Part shown: in pieces, positions 1 to 8,776 of the stretch
How the letters are laid out: each line of letters starts with the position of its first letter
How positions within the stretch are numbered: the first letter of the stretch is position 1
NCBI GenBank assembly: GCA_964584225.1
Contig: CAZOZG010000003.1
Coordinates: 14,915 to 58,574 of the forward strand
Origin: an uncultured Candidatus Saccharibacteria bacterium
GTDB taxonomy: Bacteria; Patescibacteriota; Minisyncoccia; Phycocordibacterales; UBA2100
Direction of reading: 5' to 3'
DNA length: 43,660 nucleotides
Made by a program: the position numbers and the translations under genes
The notes under the pieces: model-generated
What the model saw: only the letters and a program-made list of their open reading frames with translations
The model's database searches: none
Told to the model about the DNA's origin: nothing

Positions 1-18
1 TGGAAACGCCCCGCCTAA

Positions 19-792
19 AGGCCCAACGACACACCCCTCCCTGAAGCAATGCCCTATATTGTCGTGGTGATCGACGAACTGGCCGACATTATGTCGACAT
101 ACCCGCGCGAGCTCGAAGGCGGTATCGTGCGCCTCGCACAGATGAGCCGCGCTGTCGGCATCCACTTGATTCTCTCGACGCAACGCCCAAGTGTGAAAGT
201 CATCACCGGTCTCATCAAAGCCAACATCCCCGCACGCGTCGCGCTCCAGGTCGCTTCGCAAATCGATTCGCGCACGATTCTTGATACCGGCGGCGCTGAA
301 AAATTGCTCGGTGCCGGTGACATGCTTTTCCTCTCAGGCGAAATGAGTAAGCCGCGCCGCATCCAAGCGCCCTACATTTCAGAATCGGAAGTGAAGCAGG
401 TGGTCGGCTACGTCGCCAAGCAAGGCGAAGGTACACTACAAAATGAAATCGACCTGACCGAGGGCAAGGTCGGGGCGATGGCGGGCGGAGATCCAATTTT
501 CTCAGCAGCGCTCGAAGATGAAGACGAGGACGATCTCTACCCTGCTGCGAAACAAACAGTGCTCGAAGCAGGCAAAGCATCGACATCCTACCTCCAGCGC
601 AAACTCGGGGTCGGTTACGCACGCGCCGCAAAATTAATCGACATGCTTGAAGCGCGAGGCATCGTGGGACCGGCAGATGGATCGAAACCGCGCGACGTGA
701 TTGGCGGGACCGAAACTGAAATGCCAGATACGTCGTCAGAAAACGCCCCCGACGAACCTGCCGAGGAAACAATGGAAGAAGAAACTGTATGA
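19..792 (+). CDS. ftsK: FtsK/SpoIIIE DNA translocase, C-terminal part (motor Walker B region and gamma domain); 5' part lies outside the window
   Basis: LPEAMPYIVVVIDELAD (Walker B), RLAQMSRAVGIHLILSTQRPS, GAEKLLGAGDML, gamma domain ASTSYLQRKLGVGYARAAKLID. Confidence 0.95.
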   Translation, partial: RPNDTPLPEAMPYIVVVIDELADIMSTYPRELEGGIVRLAQMSRAVGIHLILSTQRPSVKVITGLIKANIPARVALQVASQIDSRTILDTGGAEKLLGAGDMLFLSGEMSKPRRIQAPYISESEVKQVVGYVAKQGEGTLQNEIDLTEGKVGAMAGGDPIFSAALEDEDEDDLYPAAKQTVLEAGKASTSYLQRKLGVGYARAAKLIDMLEARGIVGPADGSKPRDVIGGTETEMPDTSSENAPDEPAEETMEEETV

Positions 793-1796
793 AATTGCCT
801 TCGTGGGCTTCGTTTAACTCATTGGGTGCGCTCCGCTTCAGGCTCCAAATGCGCAGCAGTCGCTGGGTATACATCGGGCTCGGCGTCTTCTTTCTCGTAT
901 TGATCGGCTACGGGCTTTTTGAAGCTCGCGGATTTCTTGCTGGCCCCGCTATCATCATTTCTCCGCGCGTGCTAACGACCGGCGATCCACTCATCAAGGT
1001 GAGCGGTACAGCGCTACGGATTGCGACGCTGTCGATGGATGGCAAAGATATTCCCGTCTCTGAGGGCGGCGTCTTTGAGGAGTCATACGTGCTGACACCT
1101 GGGTACAACAGAATCGCGCTCGACGCGAAGGATAAGTACGGCAAGAGCGCGGAGCGAGTGATTGAAGTCATGTACGCTCCCGCGACAACGTCGTTGGCTG
1201 GCGACCGTGCAGATACGAGTGCTACTCCCGGCGCGTCTGCGACGACTGACTGGATTCCTCTGTCATCTCAGAGCAACAAACGATATGCGCTCGTCAACGG
1301 GGTGATTGCATATAACTCTCCAATTGGTTCTTCTACAACGCCGACGAATCCTGCTGCTGATGTTTCAAGCTTTGTCGTATCGGTAATCAGCCCCATCTAC
1401 GCAAAAGATGACAGGAGTGTATATTGCCTGGGCAATGCCGTGCCCAACGCGGACAACAAAACATTTACCGCGCTGCCGGGCGCTCTGTTACCTGGTACTA
1501 GCAAGTACTCGGCGTATGCGAAAGACGCAAACATGGTCTACGAGCGCTGCGAGCCCATAGCTGGCGCCAACGCAACGACATTCAAAGTTCTCAAAACATC
1601 GGGCAACGAATGGAGCCTCTATGCGGAAGACGGCAAAACTATCTATTACGTCGCAACTTCTGGCGTCATTACTGTCGCCAACGCCGATCCAGCGACCTTT
1701 GTCCTGCTCAACACCAGCAAGCAATGTGGTCCTGGTTGCATGTATGACGCCGCCGACGCAACACATAAATACCTCGCGGGCAAGGTTGTGCAATAG
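789..1796 (+). CDS. Membrane-anchored protein with an Ig-like domain and DKNYY-like repeats (start may be ATG 849)
   Basis: N-terminal TM (WVYIGLGVFFLVLIGYGLF), Ig-like GYNRIALDAKDKYGK, repeats YAKDDRSVY/YAKDANMVY/YAEDGKTIYY with AD.xTF spacers. Confidence 0.65.
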   Translation: MKLPSWASFNSLGALRFRLQMRSSRWVYIGLGVFFLVLIGYGLFEARGFLAGPAIIISPRVLTTGDPLIKVSGTALRIATLSMDGKDIPVSEGGVFEESYVLTPGYNRIALDAKDKYGKSAERVIEVMYAPATTSLAGDRADTSATPGASATTDWIPLSSQSNKRYALVNGVIAYNSPIGSSTTPTNPAADVSSFVVSVISPIYAKDDRSVYCLGNAVPNADNKTFTALPGALLPGTSKYSAYAKDANMVYERCEPIAGANATTFKVLKTSGNEWSLYAEDGKTIYYVATSGVITVANADPATFVLLNTSKQCGPGCMYDAADATHKYLAGKVVQ

Positions 1797-1856
1797 ACTT
1801 GCGGGCCGACATGAGATAGCCCATACTGCCGCGATACAAGGCTAATATTTTTGCGC

Positions 1857-2930
1857 ATGGCATTAGCAACGAAAAAAGAGAAGGCTCCTGCGAAATCAGT
1901 GGGTACCGGATCTGATAAAGATATCGACCGGGCGATTTCGGACATTAAGACAAAATTTGGCGACGAAGCGATCATGAAACTCGGTGATACGCCGAAGGTG
2001 GACGTGAACGCAATCCCGACCGGTTCGATCGGCGTCGATTGGGCGCTCGGAATCGGCGGACTCCCCCGCGGTCGTATCATCGAAATCTTTGGACCTGAAT
2101 CGTCGGGAAAGACGACACTTTCATTGCACGCGATCGCAGAAGCACAGAAGGCTGGCGGTGTGTGCGCCTTCATCGACGCGGAGCACGCGCTCGATCCTGA
2201 GTATGCAAAAAAACTCGGCGTGAAAATTGATCAACTTCTCGTATCGCAACCAGATACCGGCGAACAAGCACTCGAGATTGTCGAGTCGCTTGTGCGAAGC
2301 GGCAAGATCGATGTGATCGTTATCGACTCGGTCGCAGCACTAACGCCGAAAGACGAAATCGAAGGCGACATGGGCGCACAGCACGTCGGCAAACAAGCGC
2401 GTCTCATGAGTCAGGCGTTGCGGAAACTCACGGCGATCGTTTCAAAGACAAAGACGGTCGTAATTTTCATCAACCAAATCCGCATGCAGATCGGCGTCAT
2501 GTTTGGCAATCCCGAGACGACACCCGGCGGCAAGGCTTTGAAATTCTATACGAGCGTGCGCATCGACATCCGCCGCATCGCGCAGATCAAAAAAGGTGAC
2601 GAAGTGATGGGTGGTCGGCACCGCGTGAAGATCGTGAAAAACAAAGTCGCAGCTCCCTTCCGCCAGACAGAATTCGACATGATGTATGGTGAGGGCATCT
2701 CGCGCGAGGGCGAGAGCCTAGCGCTCGGCGAGAAACTCGGTCTCGTTGAAAAGTCGTCCGCGGGCTCGTATTCAATCGGTGAAACAAAACTCGGCCGCGG
2801 CTATGATGCAGCGCGAACATTCTTGCGCGAAAACAAACCGGTACTCAATGCACTCCTCAAAGACATCAAAAAAGGTCTCGCGAGTGGCGGCGTCGCCAAG
2901 GCGGCAGCGTCAGGAGATAACGAGGAGTAG
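1857..2930 (+). CDS. recA: Recombinase RecA
   Basis: [37 protein letters not shown]. Confidence 0.99.
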   Translation: MALATKKEKAPAKSVGTGSDKDIDRAISDIKTKFGDEAIMKLGDTPKVDVNAIPTGSIGVDWALGIGGLPRGRIIEIFGPESSGKTTLSLHAIAEAQKAGGVCAFIDAEHALDPEYAKKLGVKIDQLLVSQPDTGEQALEIVESLVRSGKIDVIVIDSVAALTPKDEIEGDMGAQHVGKQARLMSQALRKLTAIVSKTKTVVIFINQIRMQIGVMFGNPETTPGGKALKFYTSVRIDIRRIAQIKKGDEVMGGRHRVKIVKNKVAAPFRQTEFDMMYGEGISREGESLALGEKLGLVEKSSAGSYSIGETKLGRGYDAARTFLRENKPVLNALLKDIKKGLASGGVAKAAASGDNEE

Positions 2931-2939
2931 CATGCGGAC

Positions 2940-3290
2940 ATGAGGACGTTGACGTTCATCAAGGACAGACAGGGTTGGTACGTCGATCTCAAACGCTCAC
3001 CGTTTACGAGGGCACAGTTGGCAATGGTACGCGGTGCCGATACGTTTCTAGATATCCTCGCGCGCGGTGAATCGCTCGTCACAATCGAGGCGAGCGTCTC
3101 GCCGGTTCAGGGCTATGACCGTCTTGAACGAGCGAATATCCTTTCGTACGGATTCGGCGGGGCAAACTACACGATCGAAACGTATCGCGGCCATCGGTAT
3201 GATCATGAGGTGTTCCTCTGCCCCGTAACACTATGGGTCTTCTTCAGGTACCCAAGAATATTTTACTTCCGCGTGCTGCAGCCGGCGTGA
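2940..3290 (+). CDS. Hypothetical protein resembling DUF6717
   Basis: WYVDL...MVRGADTFLDIL...LCPVTLWVF.RYP pattern recalled from the family. Confidence 0.55.
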   Translation: MRTLTFIKDRQGWYVDLKRSPFTRAQLAMVRGADTFLDILARGESLVTIEASVSPVQGYDRLERANILSYGFGGANYTIETYRGHRYDHEVFLCPVTLWVFFRYPRIFYFRVLQPA

Positions 3291-3332
3291 ATTTTCTGGA
3301 CAATCAACAGTAAACGGTTAGAATACCCAACT

Positions 3333-3899
3333 ATGTTGAACTACAACGATGTGAAGCCGGGGGTCGCGGTACTCGTCGAAGGCGAGCCATACGTCTGCAC
3401 ATGGAACAACATCATGCAGAAGCAGCAACGCCGCCCGGTCAATCAGACGAAGCTGCGCCATTTGATCCGCGGCAACGTGATCGAGTACTCGTTCCAACAG
3501 AGCGACAAGCTCAACGAAGCAGAGATCGACCAAAAACAAGCAATATTCATATTCCACGACGCCCGCAAAAGCGAGTGGGTATTTCACGAGGTCGGTGACA
3601 AATCCAAGCGCTTCTCTCTCACCGACGAGATGATCGGCGACGGCGGGCAATTTTTGAAACCCGACACCGAGGTGATGACCGAAGCCTTTGACGGAAAAAT
3701 ATTCCATGTGAAGCTCCCGATCAAAATGGATCTCAAAGTCAAAGAAGCGCCGCCAAATGTCCGCGGCAACACCGCACAAGGCGGCTCGAAGATCGTCACG
3801 CTCGAAACCGGCGCGCAGATCAACGTCCCGATGTTCATCAACGAAGGCGACATCGTGCGCATCAACACAGAAACAGGAGAATACGTCGAACGCGCTTAA
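3333..3899 (+). CDS. efp: Elongation factor P
   Basis: PNVRGNTAQGGSK..TLETGAQINVPMFINEGD.VRINTETGEYVER signature. Confidence 0.97.
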   Translation: MLNYNDVKPGVAVLVEGEPYVCTWNNIMQKQQRRPVNQTKLRHLIRGNVIEYSFQQSDKLNEAEIDQKQAIFIFHDARKSEWVFHEVGDKSKRFSLTDEMIGDGGQFLKPDTEVMTEAFDGKIFHVKLPIKMDLKVKEAPPNVRGNTAQGGSKIVTLETGAQINVPMFINEGDIVRINTETGEYVERA

Positions 3900-4471
3900 C
3901 CAAATAGCGGTCCGGAGATGGCGATGAGCCAAATACCAACGATATTTGCTACGAGTGCGAGCGGGATAAACGTTGAAAGACGAATCGTTGAAAGGCCCAT
4001 CATGACGAGCCCGAGCTCGTCTGGTAATGGCGAGGCAATGACAACTGCCCCTAGAAGCGGCCCAATCCACCAGAAAGGCCCCGCAGCGATCGATCTTCCC
4101 ATGCGTAACACGCGCGGATGCAGACTCACCTTCAAAATGTATTCGACGAGGCGACTGCGTACAAAGCGAAACAAGAGTAGATCCCCACACACAGACCCGA
4201 CCGCACCAACGAGTGATAACTCCCAGAGCGGAATTTCTTTCGCGCTATCCATGATAGCGACAATCGCAAGCGGCGTCACGATACCAGAGGAGAAAAGGAC
4301 CCCGGAGACGAAGCTGATGAGGAGATGGTGATCCCGTTGCTGCGCGATGAACGACGTGAGAACGTCGGATTTAAATAAGAAATATGCAGCGATAATGCTC
4401 GCGACAAGAGCCCACGCCTCTATCGTAACAGAAAGAGGAATTTTATTGCGAGGGAAATGCGGATGTGCCAT
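3896..4471 (-). CDS. Integral membrane protein (VTT/DedA-like)
   Basis: Several hydrophobic segments; GAVGSVCGDLLLFRF and ASPLPDELG motifs; TATAAT 6 nt before ATG. Confidence 0.65.
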   Translation of the reverse strand: MAHPHFPRNKIPLSVTIEAWALVASIIAAYFLFKSDVLTSFIAQQRDHHLLISFVSGVLFSSGIVTPLAIVAIMDSAKEIPLWELSLVGAVGSVCGDLLLFRFVRSRLVEYILKVSLHPRVLRMGRSIAAGPFWWIGPLLGAVVIASPLPDELGLVMMGLSTIRLSTFIPLALVANIVGIWLIAISGPLFG

Positions 4472-4492
4472 CGCATCATTATATCGCTTATC

Positions 4493-5230
4493 CTATTTAA
4501 ACGAGCGTGCCGTTTTCCAAGCCATGTCGAAAAGCGCCTTCATACTATCTGCAATTGTTTTATCCTCTATTCGAACAACGAACGTATCGTGTTCGCTTAA
4601 ACGGAACAGCGTTATCACATCACCATAGATGAGCGAATCGTGTGCAAATCCATCAACAGTTGCAATGCGCGTCAGATACGTCGGGCCCGCGACCTTGCCC
4701 ACAAGTCGCGCGTATCGACGCGCACCCTTCGTATCTGCAATGATTTCGCGAACAGAAATGCTTTTCTCGCGAACCGTTTCGGCGACTTCCATATTCACGT
4801 CGTGAAATGGAACTTCACTCGCTTCTATATGAGACCAAATGCGAATACTGTGCGCATTCTTCAATTCTCGATATACCATGCTGATTCCTTCTTTACCGTC
4901 GTACACAACAACACGTGGTTTGCCAGGGACGTTCGATCGCAATTTCAAGAATTCCGGCATGGCGGCGCGGATATGTGAAAGGTTTCTTGCGAGTCGATCT
5001 TCCAGAACCTTCGGATCCGCCGCCCGATAATACCGTTTGTTATTTACTCTGACTTCTTCAAAAAGTCTTTGTTTGATTAACTCATCAATCTGAATGTACA
5101 CGGTGGGGCGCTTCAAACCTGATTTCCTTGCAATGTCTTGCACGGATGTAGTTCCGAGCGATAGCGCGGCAAGATAAACAGCCGATGCCTTGTCGCCAAG
5201 TCCGATTGACTGAAGTGTTTCGGTCTTCAT
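4493..5230 (-). CDS. TrmB-family winged-helix transcriptional regulator
   Basis: LQSIGLGDKASAVYLAALSLG..SVQDIARKSGLKRPTVY HTH; C-terminal IED..IA.SMKALFDMAW. Confidence 0.88.
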   Translation of the reverse strand: MKTETLQSIGLGDKASAVYLAALSLGTTSVQDIARKSGLKRPTVYIQIDELIKQRLFEEVRVNNKRYYRAADPKVLEDRLARNLSHIRAAMPEFLKLRSNVPGKPRVVVYDGKEGISMVYRELKNAHSIRIWSHIEASEVPFHDVNMEVAETVREKSISVREIIADTKGARRYARLVGKVAGPTYLTRIATVDGFAHDSLIYGDVITLFRLSEHDTFVVRIEDKTIADSMKALFDMAWKTARSFK

Positions 5231-5237
5231 GACTGTC

Positions 5238-5276
5238 AGCATAGTGAAATGGGCTAATTTGTCAATATTCCTGACA
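5238..5276 (-). promoter_or_regulatory. Sigma70 promoter of the TrmB-like gene, overlapped by an inverted repeat (candidate operator)
   Basis: Minus strand TTGACA (5265-5260), 16 nt, TATGCT (5243-5238), 7 nt, ATG; TGTCA-N7-TGACA at 5260-5276. Confidence 0.55.
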
Positions 5277-5409
5277 GAAATACCCCAAATAGCTTATGTC
5301 TTAAGCCATAAATACACCGAGCAGCACAGATATTCGGATAAATCGCTGACTTTATGTCCTATTTTATATAGTCTTATAGGGGAATAAAAGCAAACCCAAG
5401 GAGAAAGAC

Positions 5410-6009
5410 ATGAACGGAGGTTTCGGTTATCTTGGCGCAGCCCACGCTTACCGAAAGGAGAAACTTTCAGAGCTTCCAAGAAACGAAGTGAAGGCGATGA
5501 TCGATGAGTGGAATAAAAAGACTCGCCTGCAGAAAATTTTCACCGAACTGACGCCCACGGCCTATGGCAGCGCGTGGATCGTTGCCGCAAAAGAGATCCA
5601 CGGTGGATACGAACAGGAATTACGTGAAAGCGACGAGCGCATGAGTCGGCGCTCCGGAGCTGTCATGATTATTCTCGTCACATACATCGTGAGTCTCGTA
5701 CTCATTGGCAACATGCTTGATTCTGGCATCACATGGGTCAGAGGGCTTGTTGCCTGGGCGATCGTCGGGATTATTGCAGGTGGAATGATGTCGGTTGCGA
5801 ACGCGATACACAGAAAAGACCCTGAACTTGCGCCGTTGCGCCGTATCTACTGGGTCGCTCAAGGCATTATCGCTCTAACGATCAGCGGTGGATCAATGGC
5901 TATCGTCGCGAGGTATGGCTTCGAGATGATTTCAACTGCGCTTCTGGTCTTTTGTTTCCTCGGCGGTGTGATGTTCACATTCAGGGGATGCGCAGCAAAG
6001 CAAGTATAA
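5410..6009 (+). CDS. Hypothetical membrane protein (4 C-terminal TM segments)
   Basis: SD AAGGAG before ATG; hydrophobic C-terminal half; terminator follows. Confidence 0.7.
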   Translation: MNGGFGYLGAAHAYRKEKLSELPRNEVKAMIDEWNKKTRLQKIFTELTPTAYGSAWIVAAKEIHGGYEQELRESDERMSRRSGAVMIILVTYIVSLVLIGNMLDSGITWVRGLVAWAIVGIIAGGMMSVANAIHRKDPELAPLRRIYWVAQGIIALTISGGSMAIVARYGFEMISTALLVFCFLGGVMFTFRGCAAKQV

Positions 6010-6011
6010 AG

Positions 6012-6038
6012 ACGGCGCGGCCCTTGAGGCCGCGCCGT
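6012..6038 (+). terminator. GC-rich hairpin, probable terminator
   Basis: ACGGCGCGGCC-CTTGA-GGCCGCGCCGT. Confidence 0.6.
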
Positions 6039-6058
6039 AACCTTTCATGCGATTGACT

Positions 6059-6192
6059 CTACTTCTGAATGTATGGGAGCACCCCACATGTCGGATCGCT
6101 ACTGCGATCCACACGCAGGGCCCGCCTCGCGATCCCACGTGCCGACGCACGTGGGCCCCTCGCTCCGGCCGTTTCTGCCTCTCATCCAAAAA
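6059..6192 (-). repeat. Gene-3'-end-associated structured element, copy A (behind rpsR)
   Basis: Inverted copy of the rpsR end (6171-6192), core GGCCGGAG-hairpin-GAGGCGGG-hairpin, recoded direct copy GVLPYIQK* (6085-6059). Confidence 0.8.
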
Positions 6193-6390
6193 TTATTTTT
6201 GGATATAGGGCAGAAGCCCCATGAAGCGTGCGCGTTTGATTGCTGCTTCTACAGAGCGCTGCTGCTTTGCCGTAAGGCCCGTGCGCTTCCTCGAAAGCGT
6301 GCGCCCGTGCGGATTCATGAATTGCTTCAAGAGGTCAACGTCTTTGTAATCGACGTACTGAATATCGTTTTGTGTGAGAATGTTTGCCAT
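6193..6390 (-). CDS. rpsR: 30S ribosomal protein bS18
   Basis: VDYKDVDLLKQF...RKRTGLTAKQQR...AIKRARFMGLLPY. Confidence 0.97.
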   Translation of the reverse strand: MANILTQNDIQYVDYKDVDLLKQFMNPHGRTLSRKRTGLTAKQQRSVEAAIKRARFMGLLPYIQK

Positions 6391-6393
6391 AGA

Positions 6394-6846
6394 CTAAAAC
6401 GGAATGTCGTCAGGATTAATATCGTCTTTCGGGTAATCGATGCCCGCACCGCCTCCGCCCGATGACTCTTCGGGGGGCGCAGCGTCATCAGATGAACGAC
6501 GTCCACCACCTCCGCCGCTCTTCGGCCCAAATTGCACGCGATCAGCGACGACTTCCGTGCGGTATTTCTTTTCGCCACTCCCTTTGTCTTCCCAGCTTCG
6601 CGTCTGCATGCGACCTTCGACAAACACAGAACTTCCCTTCTTGAGATACTGCGCGACGGTGTCTGCCTGGCGGCCGAAGACGACGACATTGTGAAAGTCT
6701 GTTTGCTCCTGCTTTTTGCCATCGCGGTCTCGGTAGACGCGATTCGTCGCGACTGAGAAATTGCACACGTTCATGCCGCTCGGAAGCGCGCGAAGCTCCG
6801 GATCACGCGTCAGATTACCAAACAGCATTGCTTTGTTGATGTACAT
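6394..6846 (-). CDS. ssb: Single-stranded DNA-binding protein
   Basis: GNLTRDPELR, EGRMQTRSW, C-terminal DDIPF. Confidence 0.98.
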   Translation of the reverse strand: MYINKAMLFGNLTRDPELRALPSGMNVCNFSVATNRVYRDRDGKKQEQTDFHNVVVFGRQADTVAQYLKKGSSVFVEGRMQTRSWEDKGSGEKKYRTEVVADRVQFGPKSGGGGGRRSSDDAAPPEESSGGGGAGIDYPKDDINPDDIPF

Positions 6847-6849
6847 ATA

Positions 6850-7365
6850 TTAGTTGACGGTGATGTCTTGGAGTGCTTTGTCGAGATCTTCCTCAGAGAC
6901 AGGCGCTGCAGCCTCTTCTGCTCGGCGCGGCGTCGACTTAATCACATCCGTGCGCTTCACTTCGCGTAGTGTCGGAGCCTTAATCTTGGCACGAGTATCT
7001 TCACGCACGGTGCGAAAGATGATAAAGCGCAAAATCGTTGCGTCTGCCTTCAAAGTTTCTTCAAGCGCAGCGACAGATGACGTGGCTGCTTCAAATTTGA
7101 TCCATCCAAAATAGCCTCGATCAAACTCAACCGTGCGATCACCCTCTTTGCCACTCATGTCATATGCGAGCTTCGTGAGCGCAGGCGCACCTTCAGCAAT
7201 AAATGAACCGCCGGCTTTCTCAATCGCCGCGCGGATGGTACCGACATGCTTTTCCAAATCTTCCTCCTTGATGGATGGTGAGATCGTATATCCGACCTCG
7301 TAGATGCGAAGCGTCGCCTCTTCGGCGCCGTCTTCGACCTTCACTGCGTCCTTGTTTTCAGCCAT
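6850..7365 (-). CDS. rpsF: 30S ribosomal protein bS6 with N- and C-terminal extensions
   Basis: RIYEVGYTISP, KLAYDM, GYFGWIKF, ILRFIIF; rpsF-ssb-rpsR synteny. Confidence 0.9.
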   Translation of the reverse strand: MAENKDAVKVEDGAEEATLRIYEVGYTISPSIKEEDLEKHVGTIRAAIEKAGGSFIAEGAPALTKLAYDMSGKEGDRTVEFDRGYFGWIKFEAATSSVAALEETLKADATILRFIIFRTVREDTRAKIKAPTLREVKRTDVIKSTPRRAEEAAAPVSEEDLDKALQDITVN

Positions 7366-7410
7366 GTAGCGGGCACTGTAACACGCGCTCTTTCGAGGAG
7401 CAAGAAGAAA

Positions 7411-7444
7411 GAGCCCCGAAGCGGCAGTCGCCGCTTCGGGGCTC
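7411..7444 (-). terminator. Rho-independent terminator after the aminotransferase
   Basis: 15-bp perfect stem GAGCCCCGAAGCGGC/GCCGCTTCGGGGCTC followed by TTTCTTCTT on the minus strand. Confidence 0.75.
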
Positions 7445-7451
7445 ACATGCA

Positions 7452-8711
7452 TCACCAGGGATGCTTATAACGGTACGAGAGTTCGGCCGATACTGCGTAC
7501 ACTTCCGTCCCGTGTTTGAGCGTATCTTCGGGTTGAAACGTGAACGGAATTCGATTGTGATTGCGCATCGGATTCTTCCGATACGGATAGGCAGAGTCGT
7601 AATCGGTGAGGATCACGCCTGCATCTTTGCAAAGCTTCTGCGCATGCTCTGCGCAGTTCTCGGCAAGCATCACGGAGACGAAATATCCGCCCTCGATCTT
7701 GCTCCATTTCGCGATCGGCGAATTACCCAGACGACTTGAGAGCACGTTTTCAACGACGGCGAGTTTCGGTCGCAAGATCGTTGCGTGACGAGCCATGTGC
7801 CGCCGCAGCGTTGGCATGTTGCGAAGAAAGCGGATGTGGCGAAGCTGATTGAGTTTCTCAGACCCAATCGTTCGCTTCTCGAGACTTCGGCCAAACCACT
7901 CCAAGTTTTTTGGCGAGCTCGCGATGAACGCAAGCGCGCCGCCCGGATGCGTCACCTTCGAAAGTGAGCCGAAGATAAAGATCCGGTCGCTCGTCCCCGC
8001 TTCACGGGCGTAACGCATGATATCGGGCGCCTTGCGGACTACCGACGTAAGTCCGTGAACCGCATAGGCGTTGTCCCACATCACGACGAAACCGGGACAC
8101 GCGGTTTTCATCGTCGCCAGCTCCTTGGCTACGGCCTCGCTGAGGATGGCGCCGGTCGGGTTCCAGTACAGAGGAACACACCAGATGCCGACATAGGATG
8201 GATCTTTCACGAGTTCGCGGACGATGGCCATGTCGGGCCCATCCTTCAGAAGTGGCACCGGCGTCATCTCGACGTCCAAGTCTTCACACACGCCGAAATG
8301 CCGATCGTAGCCCGGGACCGGACAGATGAACTTGGGCTTCATGCCGGGCGCTTTCCAGCCCGCAAGACCCTTGCGAAGTCCGAGACCGATAACGTTGTGC
8401 ATCAACATCAAACTCGAGTTGCCGATGACAGCTGTCTCCTCGTATTTCGTCCCGAGATAGCGGGCCGCGAAAACCCGCGCCGCCGGCAAACCGAACAACA
8501 GATCGACACCGCTGTAGTTGCGACAATCGATGATGGTGCCGTCTTTCGCCTCAGCGTACTTTGCCTTGATGTTGAACATTCGATCCGAAAGATCGAGCTG
8601 CTCGCTGCACGGGTTGCCCCGTTTCATGTCGACGTTGATTTTCTTGTCGGCGAGCCCGCGATAGCGAGCCCACAGACGGTCCATGTATGGACCTTTTTCC
8701 GCTGGAATCAT
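7452..8711 (-). CDS. PLP-dependent aminotransferase, actinobacterial aspartate aminotransferase (AspT/AspB)-like
   Basis: MKRGNPCSEQLDLS, CPVPGYDRHF, WCVPLYWNPTG, WDNAYAVH, GSLSKVTHPG (PLP lysine), NQLRHIRF. Confidence 0.88.
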   Translation of the reverse strand: MIPAEKGPYMDRLWARYRGLADKKINVDMKRGNPCSEQLDLSDRMFNIKAKYAEAKDGTIIDCRNYSGVDLLFGLPAARVFAARYLGTKYEETAVIGNSSLMLMHNVIGLGLRKGLAGWKAPGMKPKFICPVPGYDRHFGVCEDLDVEMTPVPLLKDGPDMAIVRELVKDPSYVGIWCVPLYWNPTGAILSEAVAKELATMKTACPGFVVMWDNAYAVHGLTSVVRKAPDIMRYAREAGTSDRIFIFGSLSKVTHPGGALAFIASSPKNLEWFGRSLEKRTIGSEKLNQLRHIRFLRNMPTLRRHMARHATILRPKLAVVENVLSSRLGNSPIAKWSKIEGGYFVSVMLAENCAEHAQKLCKDAGVILTDYDSAYPYRKNPMRNHNRIPFTFQPEDTLKHGTEVYAVSAELSYRYKHPW

Positions 8712-8776
8712 TCTCTACTCCCCTTTTCTGTGCCGTTGATGACACTCTTTTTTTAAAGTAACCATATCTGAGCACA

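Noticed and set aside
3318-4190. Long antisense ORFs such as 3318-4190, 8055-8756 and 21506-22183
   Set aside because: Shadow frames of well-supported genes, with no motifs.
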